Assembly (NCBI GenBank): GCA_965645245.1
Contig: OZ287077.1
Coordinates: forward strand, 186,001-250,000
DNA: 64,000 bases
Direction: 5' to 3'
From: Massalongia carnosa
Lineage: Eukaryota
Shown piece by piece: positions 1 through 13,224 of this stretch. Within the stretch, counting starts at the first letter, position 1; every line of letters begins with the position of its first letter. The position numbers and the translations under genes are program-made. Below the pieces are notes generated by a model. That model ran no database searches, was not told the origin of the DNA, and saw only the letters and a program-made list of their open reading frames with translations.

Positions 1-2383
1 GTCTCGCTATCTTCAGGAATTCTTCTGCACCTATCTTTTCTATGGCGTCTCGAACTTCTCCACGAATAGGTGCCCTCAGCACTCCGGTACCCGGCTTCTT
101 CTTTCCGCCGCCTTTCCCAGCTAGACCTGCTTCTGTCATTTCCACATCTTCTTCTATAGGGTCAGCAAATGTTACCCGAGGTTCTGCCGCGGAAGCTCTG
201 TCGGTTGGTTTTGATTGGTCAAGACTATCATTCCGACGTTCTACCGACGTAGGAAGCGGACTCCAATTGCCATATCTAGGTGCTTTCGGTACTGCGAAAT
301 GGTCCTCGCGCTCAGCCCTGCGTTTCAGAATTCGTTTAGCCGGCTCTTTCCAGTTCTCCTCAGCAGGTTTATTGTTTTCGGTCCTAGCCGAGTTGATAGA
401 GGTAGTATGTTCGATGATCGTCACCTCCGGGTCCCATTCTTCGTCAGAAGAAAAGTCATCTGCACTATCCTCGCCTATTCGAACCGTGTGCACTTCGGCA
501 TTTTGTCCAGCTTGACTAAATTGATTGGCCAACATCTTCGCACGTCTAATGGACTCTTTTTGTGTCACACCCGGTAAATGCCGAATTGGGTTGGAATATG
601 TACCCATCGGTCCCAGACAGAGCAGGCCTTTCTCATTCAGATGGATAACACCATTCCTTTGGTCAGCGTCGAAGTCTGGACAGTCTCTTCGCCTGTCATG
701 CAGTACCTTCTCTCCACAATAGTTGCAGCTTTCGTCGCTACCATATTGATGGTCATGCTGTTGTCTCTGTCCGTCATAGGATGACTGTCTATGTGGTGAT
801 TGGGAACGGTTCCGACTCTGCTGACTCTGCTGACTATTCTAATTGGCCGGTCGCATTTGAGCTCCGGTGGCAAGGACTAATGCATCGAACTTATTGGTCA
901 GGTCCATGATAGTTTTCTCCGTGGACTTCGATAGGCTAACAGTAGTCGAGTCTGCTACTGGTGGACTAAGCGAGTTCATGATATTTTCATGACCGTCTAG
1001 CACTATCTTTTTGTCGAACTGGTCGGCTAGAGCACTATATTTATCGGTTACACTCTTCTCGGTCCGCATCACCTCCTTATATTTCATTCTCGCCTCTACT
1101 AGTGTCAGAGTCTTTTTCACCAGTCCATCAAAGTCCTTCATCACATTATCGTCGAAATCAACACCTCGGCGAAAGAACAACTCTTCGCGTATGTCAGCAG
1201 GAAGACCTTGCATGAACCACTGATTTCGTGTGTAAATGTCTAGCTTCTCTTGACTAATTAGGGCTTTGGATATGGCACCGAACTTCCGACAGAAGTTCCG
1301 CACATCATCGTCGCTAGTGCGTACTTTGTCCTTGTATGACTCCAGAAACGGTCGAGAATTCACCTGCTGAATGCTATCGCCAGCCTTGTACTCTTTCTTC
1401 ATCACCTTGCTCAGCTGTGTCCATCTTCTCTCCACAAAGTCCGGAAGCGACTCAATGGTCTGGCCAATTAGCATGTCGCAATAACGGGGCAACCTACGAA
1501 TCCTCTCATTGTTTCCGACATGATAGTCCTCACACATATCCTCGTACCGACTCAGGAACTCCGACACATTTTTACCTTGAAAGAATGGAGTGCCAGGAGT
1601 GCCTGGTTGAGGCATGGTCATCACAAATCCAAAGGGTCCAGCGGACATGGCTGGTCTATTTCCAAAAGACTCGGGGCTTGTCGACGATGGTGTGGTCATG
1701 GTGCTCTCTGCCTCGTGACTAGGTTGACCTTCGGTTGTAGGTATGATAGTCGATGGACTATCTCGGCTCGCAGGTGGAGCAGGACTATCAGTTCGCGTAC
1801 GTGCCTCGTTAGTGTTTCGGACGCTAATGACAAGTTGCTCAAGAAGAGGAATGAGGTTTGTAACGATTTTTGTCAGCTGTGAGGTAGTTGTTTCTTTGTC
1901 GTCAGAGGTTGGGATATGACTACTCGGCTGACAATAGTATGGATGACAATGCGAAACAGGATGATGAGTATACGTCTCTCCTGCAGACGAATGACCAATA
2001 GGAGCTTGCTTAGTCGGCTCGAAACAATGATATGACAAACAAGGACAAGTATGTGTCTGGTACGGTGGAGGTAGGTCGAAATGTCTGTGGTGCAGAGGTG
2101 CTGGTGCCGCCTCCGTATGCAGACGTTGTCTGTTATAGCAATGCGCTCTGCTTTCTCTCTCGGTATTGTCAACTGGTGAATAGGAAGTTTGATATGAATT
2201 GTACGAATGGGTAGAATGGAATGGCTGCGATATTCTGCCATCGGAGGGAAATGAGGCTACTTTTATGTCTACTCCGTGTCGTTTTGTCTCTCGGTTCCCG
2301 ACGCTGGCTAATCTCCTAGCAGGAATGCGATACCGCTCAGGCCCCATGTCTGTGGGTACACTATATTTTTGCCACTGTCGCAC
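1..2383 (-). pseudogene. gag: Gypsy gag with one in-frame TAG at 839-841
   Basis: PGTPGTPFFQGKNVSEFL gag motif. The frame continues past the TAG into a zinc-knuckle-like CNYCGEKVLHDRRRDC and appears to stay open to position 1. Confidence 0.75.
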
Positions 2384-2884
2384 TCACGCCGTCGCTAAAT
2401 CATTGATGCATTCGCTAAATGTGGCGATGTTCTCAAACGGGATTAGTCTGTCGACTTCAACTGCCGAGTCGCAATTCCGAGGCTCCTGATTGGTCCGGTC
2501 CGTAATGCCGTCACTTTTCCGTCTGTCTTCGTCTCGATGTCAATTCTTTTAGTACCTAGACCGTCTCCACCGTGTCGCAAGCTGTATGGGGTCGTCCCGT
2601 CGCTATGTCCGAGTCCGCGCGTTCTTGAGAGGTCTGTTCGTGCCTCGTTGTCAGGGTCAAATGGATGCCCCCGTTCTTTCTGTCTTTCTCCGGTCACTGT
2701 ATGTCGTTTTTCCACTATCTCTAGATATCTGTACGCTGTCGCTGCTTCCTGTCGCTGTTTCCTGTCGCTATTTCCTGTCGCTGTCGCTGTCGCTGTAAGT
2801 CTACTGTCTGTCTCACATGTCTGTCTAGACTCGTCGTTTGATTCCTGCTCCCGGTCAAATAGAGATCGCACCGTGGTCGCCAAA

Positions 2885-3235
2885 TGTGGAAGGATGATCT
2901 GGGTGGTGTGCGTGGTCCACTACTGCTAGGAGTGCAAGAGAACAAACAAACAAGAGAAGAACAGAACAATAGAATAAGGACAATAGCTAGATTGGTCTCT
3001 GTATGCCTCGTGCCTCGTGCCTCGTGCCTGTGAACTGTATGTGTTGATGCTATGTGTTGTAGCTATTGCTACGAGCATGCTTGCTCTAAAAGGAAAAGAA
3101 CTATCTATAACTAAACTAAAAGAAAGACTGTCACCTGACTTCCCCTCTACCTTTACCGAGTATCAGCCGAAAAGAACCAACTCCCGAACCGCTAGCAATT
3201 TGAATTTAGAGTATCACCGCTCCACCCCCCCTACA
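2885..3235 (-). repeat. 5' LTR of Gypsy element 1 (351 bp)
   Basis: TG...CA termini on the minus strand with a TGGCGACC PBS two bases downstream. Confidence 0.75.
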
Positions 3236-3659
3236 ACGTCATATTCAACGAAGATGAGCTTTATAGCGCCTATACGTCGAATAAGGAGCTATTACTAAAA
3301 GAGACCAAAAAAGCGAGCTTTATAGAGTTTCATGTAGTTGAACCATGCCCCGGATTTCAGGAGATAGATAGTGAGGAAGAAGAATGGCTAGACTTATCAG
3401 TCAATAAGCGTATAAAGCAATTGACCATAGAAGATAACTCACCTAGTCGGGACGAAATACAGGAGAAAATAACTCCCTCATCAACGCCCATGCAACTGGA
3501 AATACCGATAGAAACACCTGAACCAGATATCAGCTATAATGTCTCCATAGATAAAAGAAGGGCCAAAAAGATGAGGGCATCAAAAATTGACCCTCCACAA
3601 CTCCCGCAAACGGGCCGAACAACCCTCAATGTGACAGAAATAGGGCAATAATCAGGAAA

Positions 3660-4785
3660 ATGAGCGATGGGATAAATGAGGCAAACGTTATAGAGGGAAA
3701 ACGTACTAGGAAGCTAAACCCTAGATACGCTGTAAATGGAGCTTGGTCAGCAGAAGAAATGTTGAAATTCCCTCAATTTCATACACCGTTTATGGCGAGG
3801 ACGGCGATAATGACTAATCAGCTCCAAACTGATGATTTGCCCGACCCCCTATCTCATTGGCGAGCTCTGTTAAGGCATCCCTATGCAGATGAGTTCATTA
3901 AAGCGGCTAACGTTGAATGGGAGGCACTTTTCCACAAAGAAAAATGGGAAATAGTTGATCAAGATGAAGCTATACAGCTAATATTGCCCCTCAAATGGGT
4001 TTTCACCTATAAGACTGATTCGGACGGTTATTTGGTAAAGTTCAATGCACGTCTAGTGGTTAGAGGTGACCTACTGCAAGATAATGCTCAAGATGTTTAT
4101 GCAGCTACACTAGTCTTCGAGGTATTTAGGGCATTAATAGCATTAGTTGCTGCATTCGGGCTGAAAAGAAGGCAGTTGGACGCTATTAACACCTTTATAA
4201 ACGCTCACAGTGACGAGCCTATTTATTGCTTTTTTCCCGATAGTTTTAAGCTTAGAAAGAAGATACTAAAAGTGAAAAAAGCGCTATATGGCCAAAGAAA
4301 ATCACCACTTCTATTGCTACGAATGCTAATAGGCAAATGCATAGAACTAGGGTTAAAACAGGTGACAGGTAAACAATGCATATTCTATACGGAGGGAATC
4401 ATACTATTCTTCTATGTGGACGATATAGTAATGGCGTATCGGCCCGAAAAAGAAGCCGAAGTCGAGGAATATGTGCAACGTTTCATGAAGATGATCGAAA
4501 TACGGGACATGGGTCCATTAACCTATTTTCTAGGCGTACGGGTCATTCATAACATAGAAGAAAAGACGATCCACTTGATTTAGGACTACTATATGAACAA
4601 ATTAGCCAAGGAATATGACATAGATGAAAAGTCGGAGGCTAAAAAACCTCTGACGCCCATATTCAATAAAGAACTGGCGTCATATGAGGGGGAGGTGGAT
4701 CCGGCCAGAATGCATCTATATAGGAAGAAAGTTGGATCAATATGCTACCCAGCTATTATGACTCGGCCAGATATAGCAATATCAG
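3660..4785 (+). pseudogene. pol: Copia A reverse transcriptase fragment
   Basis: Copia RT motifs; in-frame stop at 4581-4583. Confidence 0.85.
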
Positions 4786-5281
4786 TATAAGAGGGACAGT
4801 AGACACTAGTCCTTATGGGTTATAATGCTCAGTGTGACTGCTAATAGATTGGTAGGTGCTAAAGCTAAAAGCTGATTCCCTGAAGATGGGAATCGAGCTT
4901 TCTATATACCCCTTGGGGTCCTATTTACTAACTACTTGTCTGGTTACCTGTCTGCCTTGTTGCCTTCAGCTGAGGTCTAGTAGATAGCCTTGCTGCCTTC
5001 AGCTGAGGTCTAGCAGATAACCTTGTTGCCTTCAGCTGAGGTCTAGCAGATAGCCTTGTTGCCTTCAGCTGAGGTCTCCTAGGCGTCCCAGGCCTCCCAT
5101 GAGATCGAGGCTTATCTGAATAGCTTCAGTTGCTGCCTAACAAACTGGTAAGGCTGATTGCTGATGGCTTAGTATTGCTATCCGCCTTATCATGACTAAG
5201 CATCCGGATTATCAGTCACCCGGTCTTCTTGGGTGAGTCATCCCAGGAGCTAGCGCAGTCCTGTATTGCCGCGCTATTACA
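4786..5281 (-). mobile_element. Solo LTR (496 bp) with ATCAG target-site duplication
   Basis: ATCAG at 4781-4785 and 5282-5286. Termini TATAA...TTACA (one TG mutated to TA). TATA-like motif on the minus strand. Confidence 0.85.
4955..5077. repeat. Tandem 33-bp repeat, about 4 copies, inside the solo LTR
   Basis: Unit ccttgttgccttcagctgaggtctagcagatag. Confidence 0.9.
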
Positions 5282-5592
5282 ATCAGCTTCAAAATTAGCT
5301 GAATATCTGACCAACCCGGGACCTAGTCATATGAGGGCTGCAGACCATTGCCTACGTTATCTATATGGGACGAAATATCTTGGAATCCAGTACTCGGCCA
5401 AAGTGGGCGGTGAAATCACTACTATGGCAAATAATGGACAGGTCCCGGCTAATAAGCAGCGTTTTAAGGCAACGGCTGATGCATCCTATGCAAATAACCC
5501 AGATAGGAAAAGCTCCGACGGCTATACATTCAAGCTATTTAGTGGGATGATTGACTAGGCCGCTAGGAAGCAACTGACCGTGACCACGTCAA

Positions 5593-6622
5593 TGTAATGG
5601 GCTACGAGACCAGTAAGCTTATCACGAGCGACACTGATCTCGAAAGGGGAAATGCTCAGCGTGAGAGGAGGAAGATAGCTACTACGTGCTAGTCTCCGAG
5701 AGTATACGTGATCCAAAGAACTAATGGATGTGGAAGTGCTTAGACCAAGAGATCTCGTCCGAGACCCAAACGTAGGTTGTTCATAGAATAAAGACTAATT
5801 GCTAACGAATACTACAAGATTCGTTCTGATATTTATCCTACTCACCCCAAGCCTATAGCCTTGGGAGCCTTGGAACCTTAGGATCCTTGCAAGCCTTGGG
5901 AGTCTTGCGAGCATTACAGCCTTGCAATCCACATCCGACTTTATCGCATTACATCCAACCATCCCTCAGGATCCATCCACGAACTCGGCGTTCGCTGGAT
6001 CATCTAGTCAGCCTCGAGCAGCCTTCTAGACCTTCCCTTGCAAGGTAGAACAATTCTACCCCCGGCTAGATCCCTCACTACATGCCTCAGGCTATGTAGC
6101 TTCATTTCGCCGTCACCACTACCTAGTGATGGAAGGTTACCTCCGACTGAATACCTCGCTACACTGCGGACCTGCCTCTAGACACAAGGTCTAGACAACG
6201 AGGTCATGTAGGTTCATTCAGCCGACATCACTACCAACGTAGTAATAAAGGTTGAAGCTGAAGTTTACACCAGGGAGCCTAGCTCAAGCTGCGTCCAGCG
6301 AGCCGTGCCTCCTGCTACCTCTCTTGAACCATCAAGAGATCCAGTAGCTCCGAGTAGGCCAGTAGATCCCATATAGAGTTCCTTGGCGTCTCCACAGGAG
6401 TCCGCCTTACACTCCATGGCAATCTACCACCACGGCCTCGACAGGTGTTTGATCTGTAAGTAGTCAAGAACGTGATAACAATAACTCCGAAGTTTCGGGG
6501 CAAGATGGCAGTGTGTCAGCCTCGACGGCTTATGCGACTTCGTACTACGGCATGGTCCACGCTAGTTAATCCCGCAACCGCCATAGGCGATCACGTATCC
6601 CTCTAGCGCCATCCGTATTACA
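5593..6622. mobile_element. 1030-bp solo-LTR-like insertion with GTCAA target-site duplication
   Basis: TGTAAT...ATTACA termini; GTCAA at 5588-5592 and 6623-6627; no credible coding content. Confidence 0.8.
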
Positions 6623-6645
6623 GTCAACCACTGAGGCCGAGTTAT

Positions 6646-7093
6646 TGTCATGAAATCGAACCAACCCGATCCAGAATCAATCCCGCAGATGAATCTGACT
6701 AAGCTCCCGTTCCTCTATTCAGCTTAGTCAGAATCTCATTAACTAAATCGAGTTTAGACCCCTCTCAACGGCTTCAGGTCAAAGCTGTACCATCACCATC
6801 AAAGCGTACCAACGACAGGAGAACCTCATCTCCACCTTTTATCGTCAAACACCTCGTCAAACCTTCGTGCCGTACGTCTCCTAATATTGGGAGATGAACA
6901 CTGATCGAATCTTCATGCAAAGGGGTTCGAGACAAATATAAAAGGAAGGACAAGTTAATTAGATAGTTGACTCCTTGTCCGACGTCTTGTATAGCAATCC
7001 ATCACCTAGCTATAGCCTTATTAATAAAGACATCTTGATCACCCAATCCAATTCCTAGGAACATTAGTTCAATCCCCTGCCCAGTCCTTGACA
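6646..7093 (+). repeat. 5' LTR of the chromovirus
   Basis: TGTCA...TGACA; direct repeat of 12777-13224. Confidence 0.95.
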
Positions 7094-7163
7094 TTACGTC
7101 GGACCTACATCGAAAGGTGCCTTTCATAGCACTAGCCCCTGTCCCCCCTCATATTCCACCATC

Positions 7164-8357
7164 ATGTCTTCGTCTTCAGAAGAGATGACCGTCCCCCAAA
7201 ATCCTCTCATCGACGAGAACGTGAAGTTGTTTCAAAACCAGTTCCAAACCAATCCTGAAGCATTCGTCGCGGAAATACGACGACTTCAAGACGAGGTGGC
7301 CCGGTTGCAGGCCGCCCCAGCTCCCGACCCCCCTATACCCACTCCAGCATCAACCTCGTCTCCCTCGTCCGTTCCGGCAATGGACCCTCAGATAGCTGCC
7401 CTCCTGCAGCTCCTTTTGACCCGGAATTCCGAGTCCAAAACCGATCTTCGTTCCGAAAAACTTCCCGACATCTCCGAGTACGATGGAGATGAAGCCAAGT
7501 TGGATTCCTGGGAACAGAGCCTGATTCAACGGATGCACGTTAATCATGATCGATACTCCACCGATGCCTCCAAGATTGCATACGCGGAGAATCGGCTCAC
7601 CATCGGGAAACGAGCTCACAACCTTATGAATACGTATCGAGTGGATGGCATTTGTAGACCCACCACCTTCTCCGAATGGCGTTCTGCTCTTCGCCTAGCC
7701 TGCGGCAACCCCTTCGAACAAGAGGATGCCCGTAAGTACCTTCGAGAAACCCTCAAGCAGGGCTCTCTGAGTTTCGAAGAGTACAACACTCTCTTCTCTC
7801 AGAAAAAAGACCGATCCAGAATGGAAGACGCTTCGTTGATTGATGCCATGAAGGCAAACATCAACTACTCCGTTCAAACAGCGGCCGTCCACTACCGAGT
7901 CCCCGGCACCAATCTGGAGCCAATCACCTTCGACGAGCGCGTCGCAATGTGGTTAAGCACGGACCGGAAAATCCGTCAGATCCGTCATCTGGCACCCAAG
8001 GCCACGACTCCGGCCACATCAGCTCCCGCCAATCGAAGAAACGGCACCAACCTTCCTGCTGCCCCTTTCCCCCGCACTGTCGTCACGGGCACGGTCACCC
8101 CATTGATCCCAACCCCCGCCTTCCCCCCAGCTGGAGACCCCATGGACCTAAGTCAGGCCATGGCGGCTGTCAAAGGTCAGTCGTTGAAAACCGAGGGAGT
8201 AAGGAAGATCTGCGAGAATTGGAACCTGTGCTTCTATTGCAAATTGCAACACCTCGGGTCGGCCTCCGACTGTCCAAATAAGCCTACCAAACGCCTTCGC
8301 AACATGGAAGTCGTCTCGACCCTCACTCCCGAGACTGACGACTCGGGAAACGTCTAG
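7164..8357 (+). CDS. gag: Gag (397 aa)
   Basis: DPMDLS motif and zinc knuckle [17 protein letters not shown]. Confidence 0.9.
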   Translation: MSSSSEEMTVPQNPLIDENVKLFQNQFQTNPEAFVAEIRRLQDEVARLQAAPAPDPPIPTPASTSSPSSVPAMDPQIAALLQLLLTRNSESKTDLRSEKLPDISEYDGDEAKLDSWEQSLIQRMHVNHDRYSTDASKIAYAENRLTIGKRAHNLMNTYRVDGICRPTTFSEWRSALRLACGNPFEQEDARKYLRETLKQGSLSFEEYNTLFSQKKDRSRMEDASLIDAMKANINYSVQTAAVHYRVPGTNLEPITFDERVAMWLSTDRKIRQIRHLAPKATTPATSAPANRRNGTNLPAAPFPRTVVTGTVTPLIPTPAFPPAGDPMDLSQAMAAVKGQSLKTEGVRKICENWNLCFYCKLQHLGSASDCPNKPTKRLRNMEVVSTLTPETDDSGNV

Positions 8358-8382
8358 ACTCTGCGCATCGTCGCGCGCAGAG
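8345..8382 (+). promoter_or_regulatory. Programmed -1 ribosomal frameshift signal
   Basis: G GGA AAC heptamer in the gag frame, 7-nt spacer, stem ctctgcgc/gcgcagag. The -1 frame is open into pol. Confidence 0.8.
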
Positions 8383-11300
8383 CCCTATTTTAATTTCTTC
8401 TTGTCTGTTAGCCAACTCGTTTTCTCCCCCCCTTCAATCAAACACTCGTTTTTCCGCAGCCTCCGCTTTGGAGCTGTTTGAAACCGAAGAAGCGTTTCGA
8501 GATAGCCACCTAGTGGTATCATGTATCTTACGTTTAGGTAGATCTCGAATTCAAGCTCTCGATCTGATTGATTGTGGTGCATCTGGCTATGCATTCATTG
8601 ACAAGAAGTTTGCGCAAACTCACCAAATCCCCCTTCATCCCCTCAAATACGCCCGACGCCTTGAAGGCTTCGACGGTCAGCCGGCTCTGACTGGAAATAT
8701 CACTCATGTGGCCGAGGTAATCATGGACTTAAACGGACATGTAGAAAGATTATTCCTTTTCGTAACAGGACTGAAAACCTACCCCATCGTCCTGGGACAC
8801 CCGTGGTTGCGACGACATCAAGCTCTCGCTGATTTCGAGTCCAACTCTCTCTCCCTGTCTTCCTCTTTCTGCCTGGCTCATTGTAGCCCTCATCCAGTCA
8901 AGGTGAAGGCCTACACGGGCGAGAAATTCCTATCTCCTGCGGAAAGTCAGGAAGTATGGGAATCGGAAAACTACTCGTCCAATAGTCAAATCCTGTCCGA
9001 AAAACCTGTCCTGTCCGATAAAACCACGCCGCGCGATAGTAAGACAACTTCTCTCGAAAATCAGGACATCAGTCGTATCGAAAAAGCGATTGAACAGGGC
9101 GACTCACCGAAAATCCGATATCGAAGTCCCTCTTCGTATCGCACCTCCACTCAGCGACATGCTGCCCAGCAGAATCGCAATCCTCCTGTTTTGGACGTCT
9201 GTGAAATCGGCGCCCTCAACTTCAACTATCTCGGACGAAAAAAGAGTCACGAGATGTTTGCTCTCTCCTTGAAAGAAATCGATCACTTTCTCGGCCTGAC
9301 TCAACCTGAACCTAAGCCTGAACCCAAACCCGAATCTCGCCTTCGTCAAGAGACTGACTGGGCACACTCGAAACCAACCTACCAACCCAACCCCCGGTCC
9401 AGCCCTAGTGAAAAGAAATATCACTTAGCCCTGTTCCGTATGAACCAGGCTCTGACACAGTTATGTTCAGTGACCGAACCCGAACCTCAACCCTTGACAC
9501 TGCAATCATCAGTGACCGCCGAAGAACTGAACGCTTATCGTGAGCGAAAGAACGTCGACCCAGCCCCCCTTCTACCCAAACAGTATCACGACTTTCTGGA
9601 TGTCTTCTCCAAAAAAGAATCGGACGTCCTGCCCGAACACCGACCCTACGACCATGCCATAAAGCTAAAAGAAGGCTCTCCAATCCCGAATCAAGCTCTT
9701 TATGGCATGAGTCGAACCGAAATCGAAGAACTCCGACGCTACCTTGATGAGAACCTGTCGAAAGGCTTCATCCGAGCTAGTAAATCCCCCACTGCCTCCC
9801 CAGTCATGTTCGTAAAGAAGCCAGGAGGAGGACTTCGCTTCTGTGTCGACTATCGAGGCCTCAATGCCATCACGATTAAGAATCGGTATCCGCTTCCCCT
9901 GATCACCGAAACCCTGAATCGCCTGAGTCGGGCTAAGATATTCACCAAGCTGGACATTATTTCAGCGTTCAATCGGCTCCGCATCAAGGAAGGAGATGAA
10001 GAACTCACCGCATTCAGAACCCGTTTTGGCCTCTTCGAATCCCTGGTCCTACCATTCGGCCTCTGTAACGGCCCCGCCTCCTTTCAACACTTCATCAATG
10101 ATACTCTTCGAGAGTATCTCGACGACTTTTGCACGGCCTATCTAGATGACATTCTCATCTACAGCGAAATTGAAGGCGAGCATGAAATCCACGTCAAACG
10201 TATCCTCATCAAGCTGAGAGAAGCCGGGCTGCAAGTAGACATCACCAAATGCAAATTTCATGTCACAGAAGTTGCCTAACTCGGACAAATCGTAACCACC
10301 GAGGGAATCAAAATGGACCCCGCTAAAATCGAAACAGTAACTCATTGGCCAATACCGATCAATATGAAAGATGTACAAAGCTTTCTGGGATTTGCTAACT
10401 TCTATAGACGATTCGTATACGGCTTTAGTAAGATAGCCGGCCCACTGACGAATCTAACCAAAAAGGAGGTCAGCTTTCAATGGACTGACAAATGTCAACA
10501 GGCATTCGAAACTCTAAAAAAAGCTTTCACCTCGGAACTAATACTGATGCATTTCGATCCCGATCGTCCTATCATCGTGGAAACCGATGCTTCGGACTAC
10601 GTCTCTGGTGGTATCCTTTCTCAGTATGACAACGAGAACGTGCTTCGCCCCATCGCATACTTCTCCAAGAAACACAACCCGGCCGAATGCAATTATGAGA
10701 TCTATGACAAGGAACTCATGGCCATCGTCCGATGCTTCGAAGAATAGAGACCGGAATTGGAAGGTTCTGCTCACCCCATCAGCGTTATCTCAGATCATAA
10801 GAATTTGGAATACTTCGCTTCAACCAAACAACTCAGTCGTCGTCAAGCTCGCTGGTCCGAATTCTTATCCCGATTTGACTTTAAAATAGTCTATCGACCC
10901 GGAAAAGCTAGTGGAAAACCAGATGCACTGACTCGTCGCTCAGGAGACCTCCCTAAAGAGGGGGATGAAACTGATGAAAGACATAAACATCAGCATCAAA
11001 CCATCCTGAAAACTCATAACCTGGACGACGAAGTGGCGAAAAGTTTCTTATCCACGATTATCCTAGCCCCCGCGTTCATCGAACAGGATCCCGAGTCCGT
11101 TGAACATGATCACGAGTTCATTGAACCTGAACCACAGCTGGATCAGCCTGCCGACCAAACCAATCCTGGCCAAGACCCGACCGACGTCCCAACTCAGCTG
11201 TTATGGGAACAAGCTCTGGAACAGGATCAATTCTCTCTGAAAGTTCTAGACATGCTTCGCAATAATGTCAGATATCATAACGGCATTCAGCTAGCCGAAT

Positions 11301-12736
11301 GTGAAGATAAAGAAGGGATTCTTTATTTTCGAAACCGTCGATACGTACCCAATTCGGATCGGCTCCGTCTCCGTCTCATTCAACAGGCACACGACAGCGT
11401 AGCAGGTGGCCATCCCGGTCGTTCCAAATGCTACGAACTAATGAATCGATCATACTGGTGGCCCAGTATGCATCAAACCGTCAAACGATTCATTCGTAAC
11501 TGTCACACCTGTAGACGATCCAAACCATCCCGCCAACGATACCAAGGATGGCTACGCCCTCTGTCCCCACCCGAACGTCGATGGTGTGACGTTTCCATGG
11601 ACTACGTAGGTCCGCTGCCTCCGAGCACCTTCATGGGTATAACCTATCGTTATATCCTCGTCTTCATCGATCGCCTTTCCAAGATGCGACATTTCGTCCC
11701 CACCACCTCCATGGAGGTAGAAGAGGCTGCTAACTCCTTCTACCAAAATGTATGGAAATTACACGGTCTCCCAGACGCCTTGATTTCGGATCGAGGCACC
11801 CAATTCACCTCCGATTTCTGGGACATCATGTGTAAACGGCTTAGAATTGATGCTAGGCTATCAACCAGTTTTCATCCCGAGACAGATGGCCAAACCGAGA
11901 GGGCTAATGCAACCATGGAGCACTATCTTCGGGCATACGTCAATTACATGCAAGATGACTGGGCCCAGTACTTACCCGGTGCCGAATTCTCCAGCAATAA
12001 CACCGACTCCTCCAGCATTCTCGCCTCTCCCTTCCTGGCTAATTATGGACAACACCCCAGGGTAGGATTCGAACCCGAAGAGCCCCTTCCGCAAGACCTG
12101 ACCGCCCAGGGAATCGCTAACCTGATCGCCGCCAATCGATTCGTAGACAAGATGCGAGACGTAGACACTCACCTACGAGAAGAGATGTTGATCGCGCAGG
12201 CCTCATACGAATCTTCCGCCAATGAGAACCGCCGTCCTTGTCCTCCTTATCTTGTAGGAGACATGGTATGGCTGAACACCCGAAATATCCAGACAGCCCG
12301 TCCGGCAGCCAAACTGGACGATCGAAATGTCGGTCCTTACCGAGTCTGTAAGGTGTTCGCCAACCCTCTTGTTGTTCAACTGGAACTCCCCGACACGGTT
12401 AAAATTCATCCGGTCTTTCATGTAAATCTGCTACAACACGACGCAGACGACCCCCTCCCAGGACAAATTCCCGAGCTTCGCGACCCAATAATAGCCGAAG
12501 ATGGACAGCGAGAATGGTATGTCAACAGCATTCTGAACTCGAAACTGGACAGACGTTATCAACCTCCGCTTCTCAAGTATTTCGTCAACTGGGAAGGACA
12601 TACCCCCACCTGGGAGCCATTTCACCTACTAACCAACTGTCAACAAGCTCTGGACGAATTCCACGAAGCCTATCCTGGTGCATCCGGCCCACATCTCACC
12701 CCCTGTTCCATTCCTCGATGTCGCTGTCATGAATAA
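8345..12736 (+). pseudogene. pol: Pol (protease, RT, RNase H, integrase, chromodomain) with two in-frame stops
   Basis: LIDCGA, YLDD, ETDASD, HHCC, SDRG...ERAN, GPY and chromodomain (WYVNSIL...YFVNWEG...TWEP). Stops at 10277-10279 and 10745-10747. Confidence 0.92.
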
Positions 12737-12776
12737 AACTGCTTCGCAGGAGCTCAGCTCTTGAAAGGGGAGCTAC

Positions 12777-13224
12777 TGTCATGAAATCGAACCAACCCGA
12801 TCCAGAATCAATCCCGCAGATGAATCTGACTAAGCTCCCGTTCCTCTATTCAGCTTAGTCAGAATCTCATTAACTAAATCGAGTTTAGACCCCTCTCAAC
12901 GGCTTCAGGTCAAAGCTGTACCATCACCATCAAAGCGTACCAACGACAGGAGAACCTCATCTCCACCTTTTATCGTCAAACACCTCGTCAAACCTTCGTG
13001 CCGTACGTCTCCTAATATTGGGAGATGAACACTGATCGAATCTTCATGCAAAGGGGTTCGAGACAAATATAAAAGGAAGGACAAGTTAATTAGATAGTTG
13101 ACTCCTTGTCCGACGTCTTGTATAGCAATCCATCACCTAGCTATAGCCTTATTAATAAAGACATCTTGATCACCCAGTCCAATTCCTAGGAACATTAGTT
13201 CAATCCCCTGCCCAGTCCTTGACA
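12777..13224 (+). repeat. 3' LTR of the chromovirus
   Basis: Direct repeat of 6646-7093. Confidence 0.95.

Larger units (their letters stand above)
1..3235 (-). mobile_element. Gypsy-type LTR retrotransposon, 5' part (runs off the window start), inserted in Copia A
   Basis: 5' LTR 2885-3235 (TGTAG...CCACA on minus) is followed by tRNA-type PBS TTTGGCGACCAC and a gag ORF. The flank ACGTC (3236-3240) resumes Copia coding sequence (DVIFNEDE). Confidence 0.8.
6646..13224 (+). mobile_element. Full-length chromoviral Gypsy LTR retrotransposon (Tf1/MAGGY-like)
   Basis: 448-bp LTRs at 6646-7093 and 12777-13224 (one visible mismatch), TSD GTTAT, PPT GAAAGGGGAG, gag plus PR-RT-RH-IN-chromodomain. Confidence 0.95.

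Noticed and set aside
839..841. Programmed stop-codon readthrough in Gypsy gag
   Set aside because: No CARYYA readthrough context; a CAG>TAG transition in a Gln-rich stretch is simpler.
2443..2969. ORFs in the Gypsy 5' leader
   Set aside because: They derive from low-complexity (gtcgct)n repeats; no recognisable domain.
4955..5077. CRISPR-like array
   Set aside because: Head-to-tail repeats without unique spacers, inside a fungal LTR, with no cas genes.
7350..12732. Antisense and alternate-frame ORFs over retroelement genes
   Set aside because: Shadow ORFs of gag/pol with no independent motifs.
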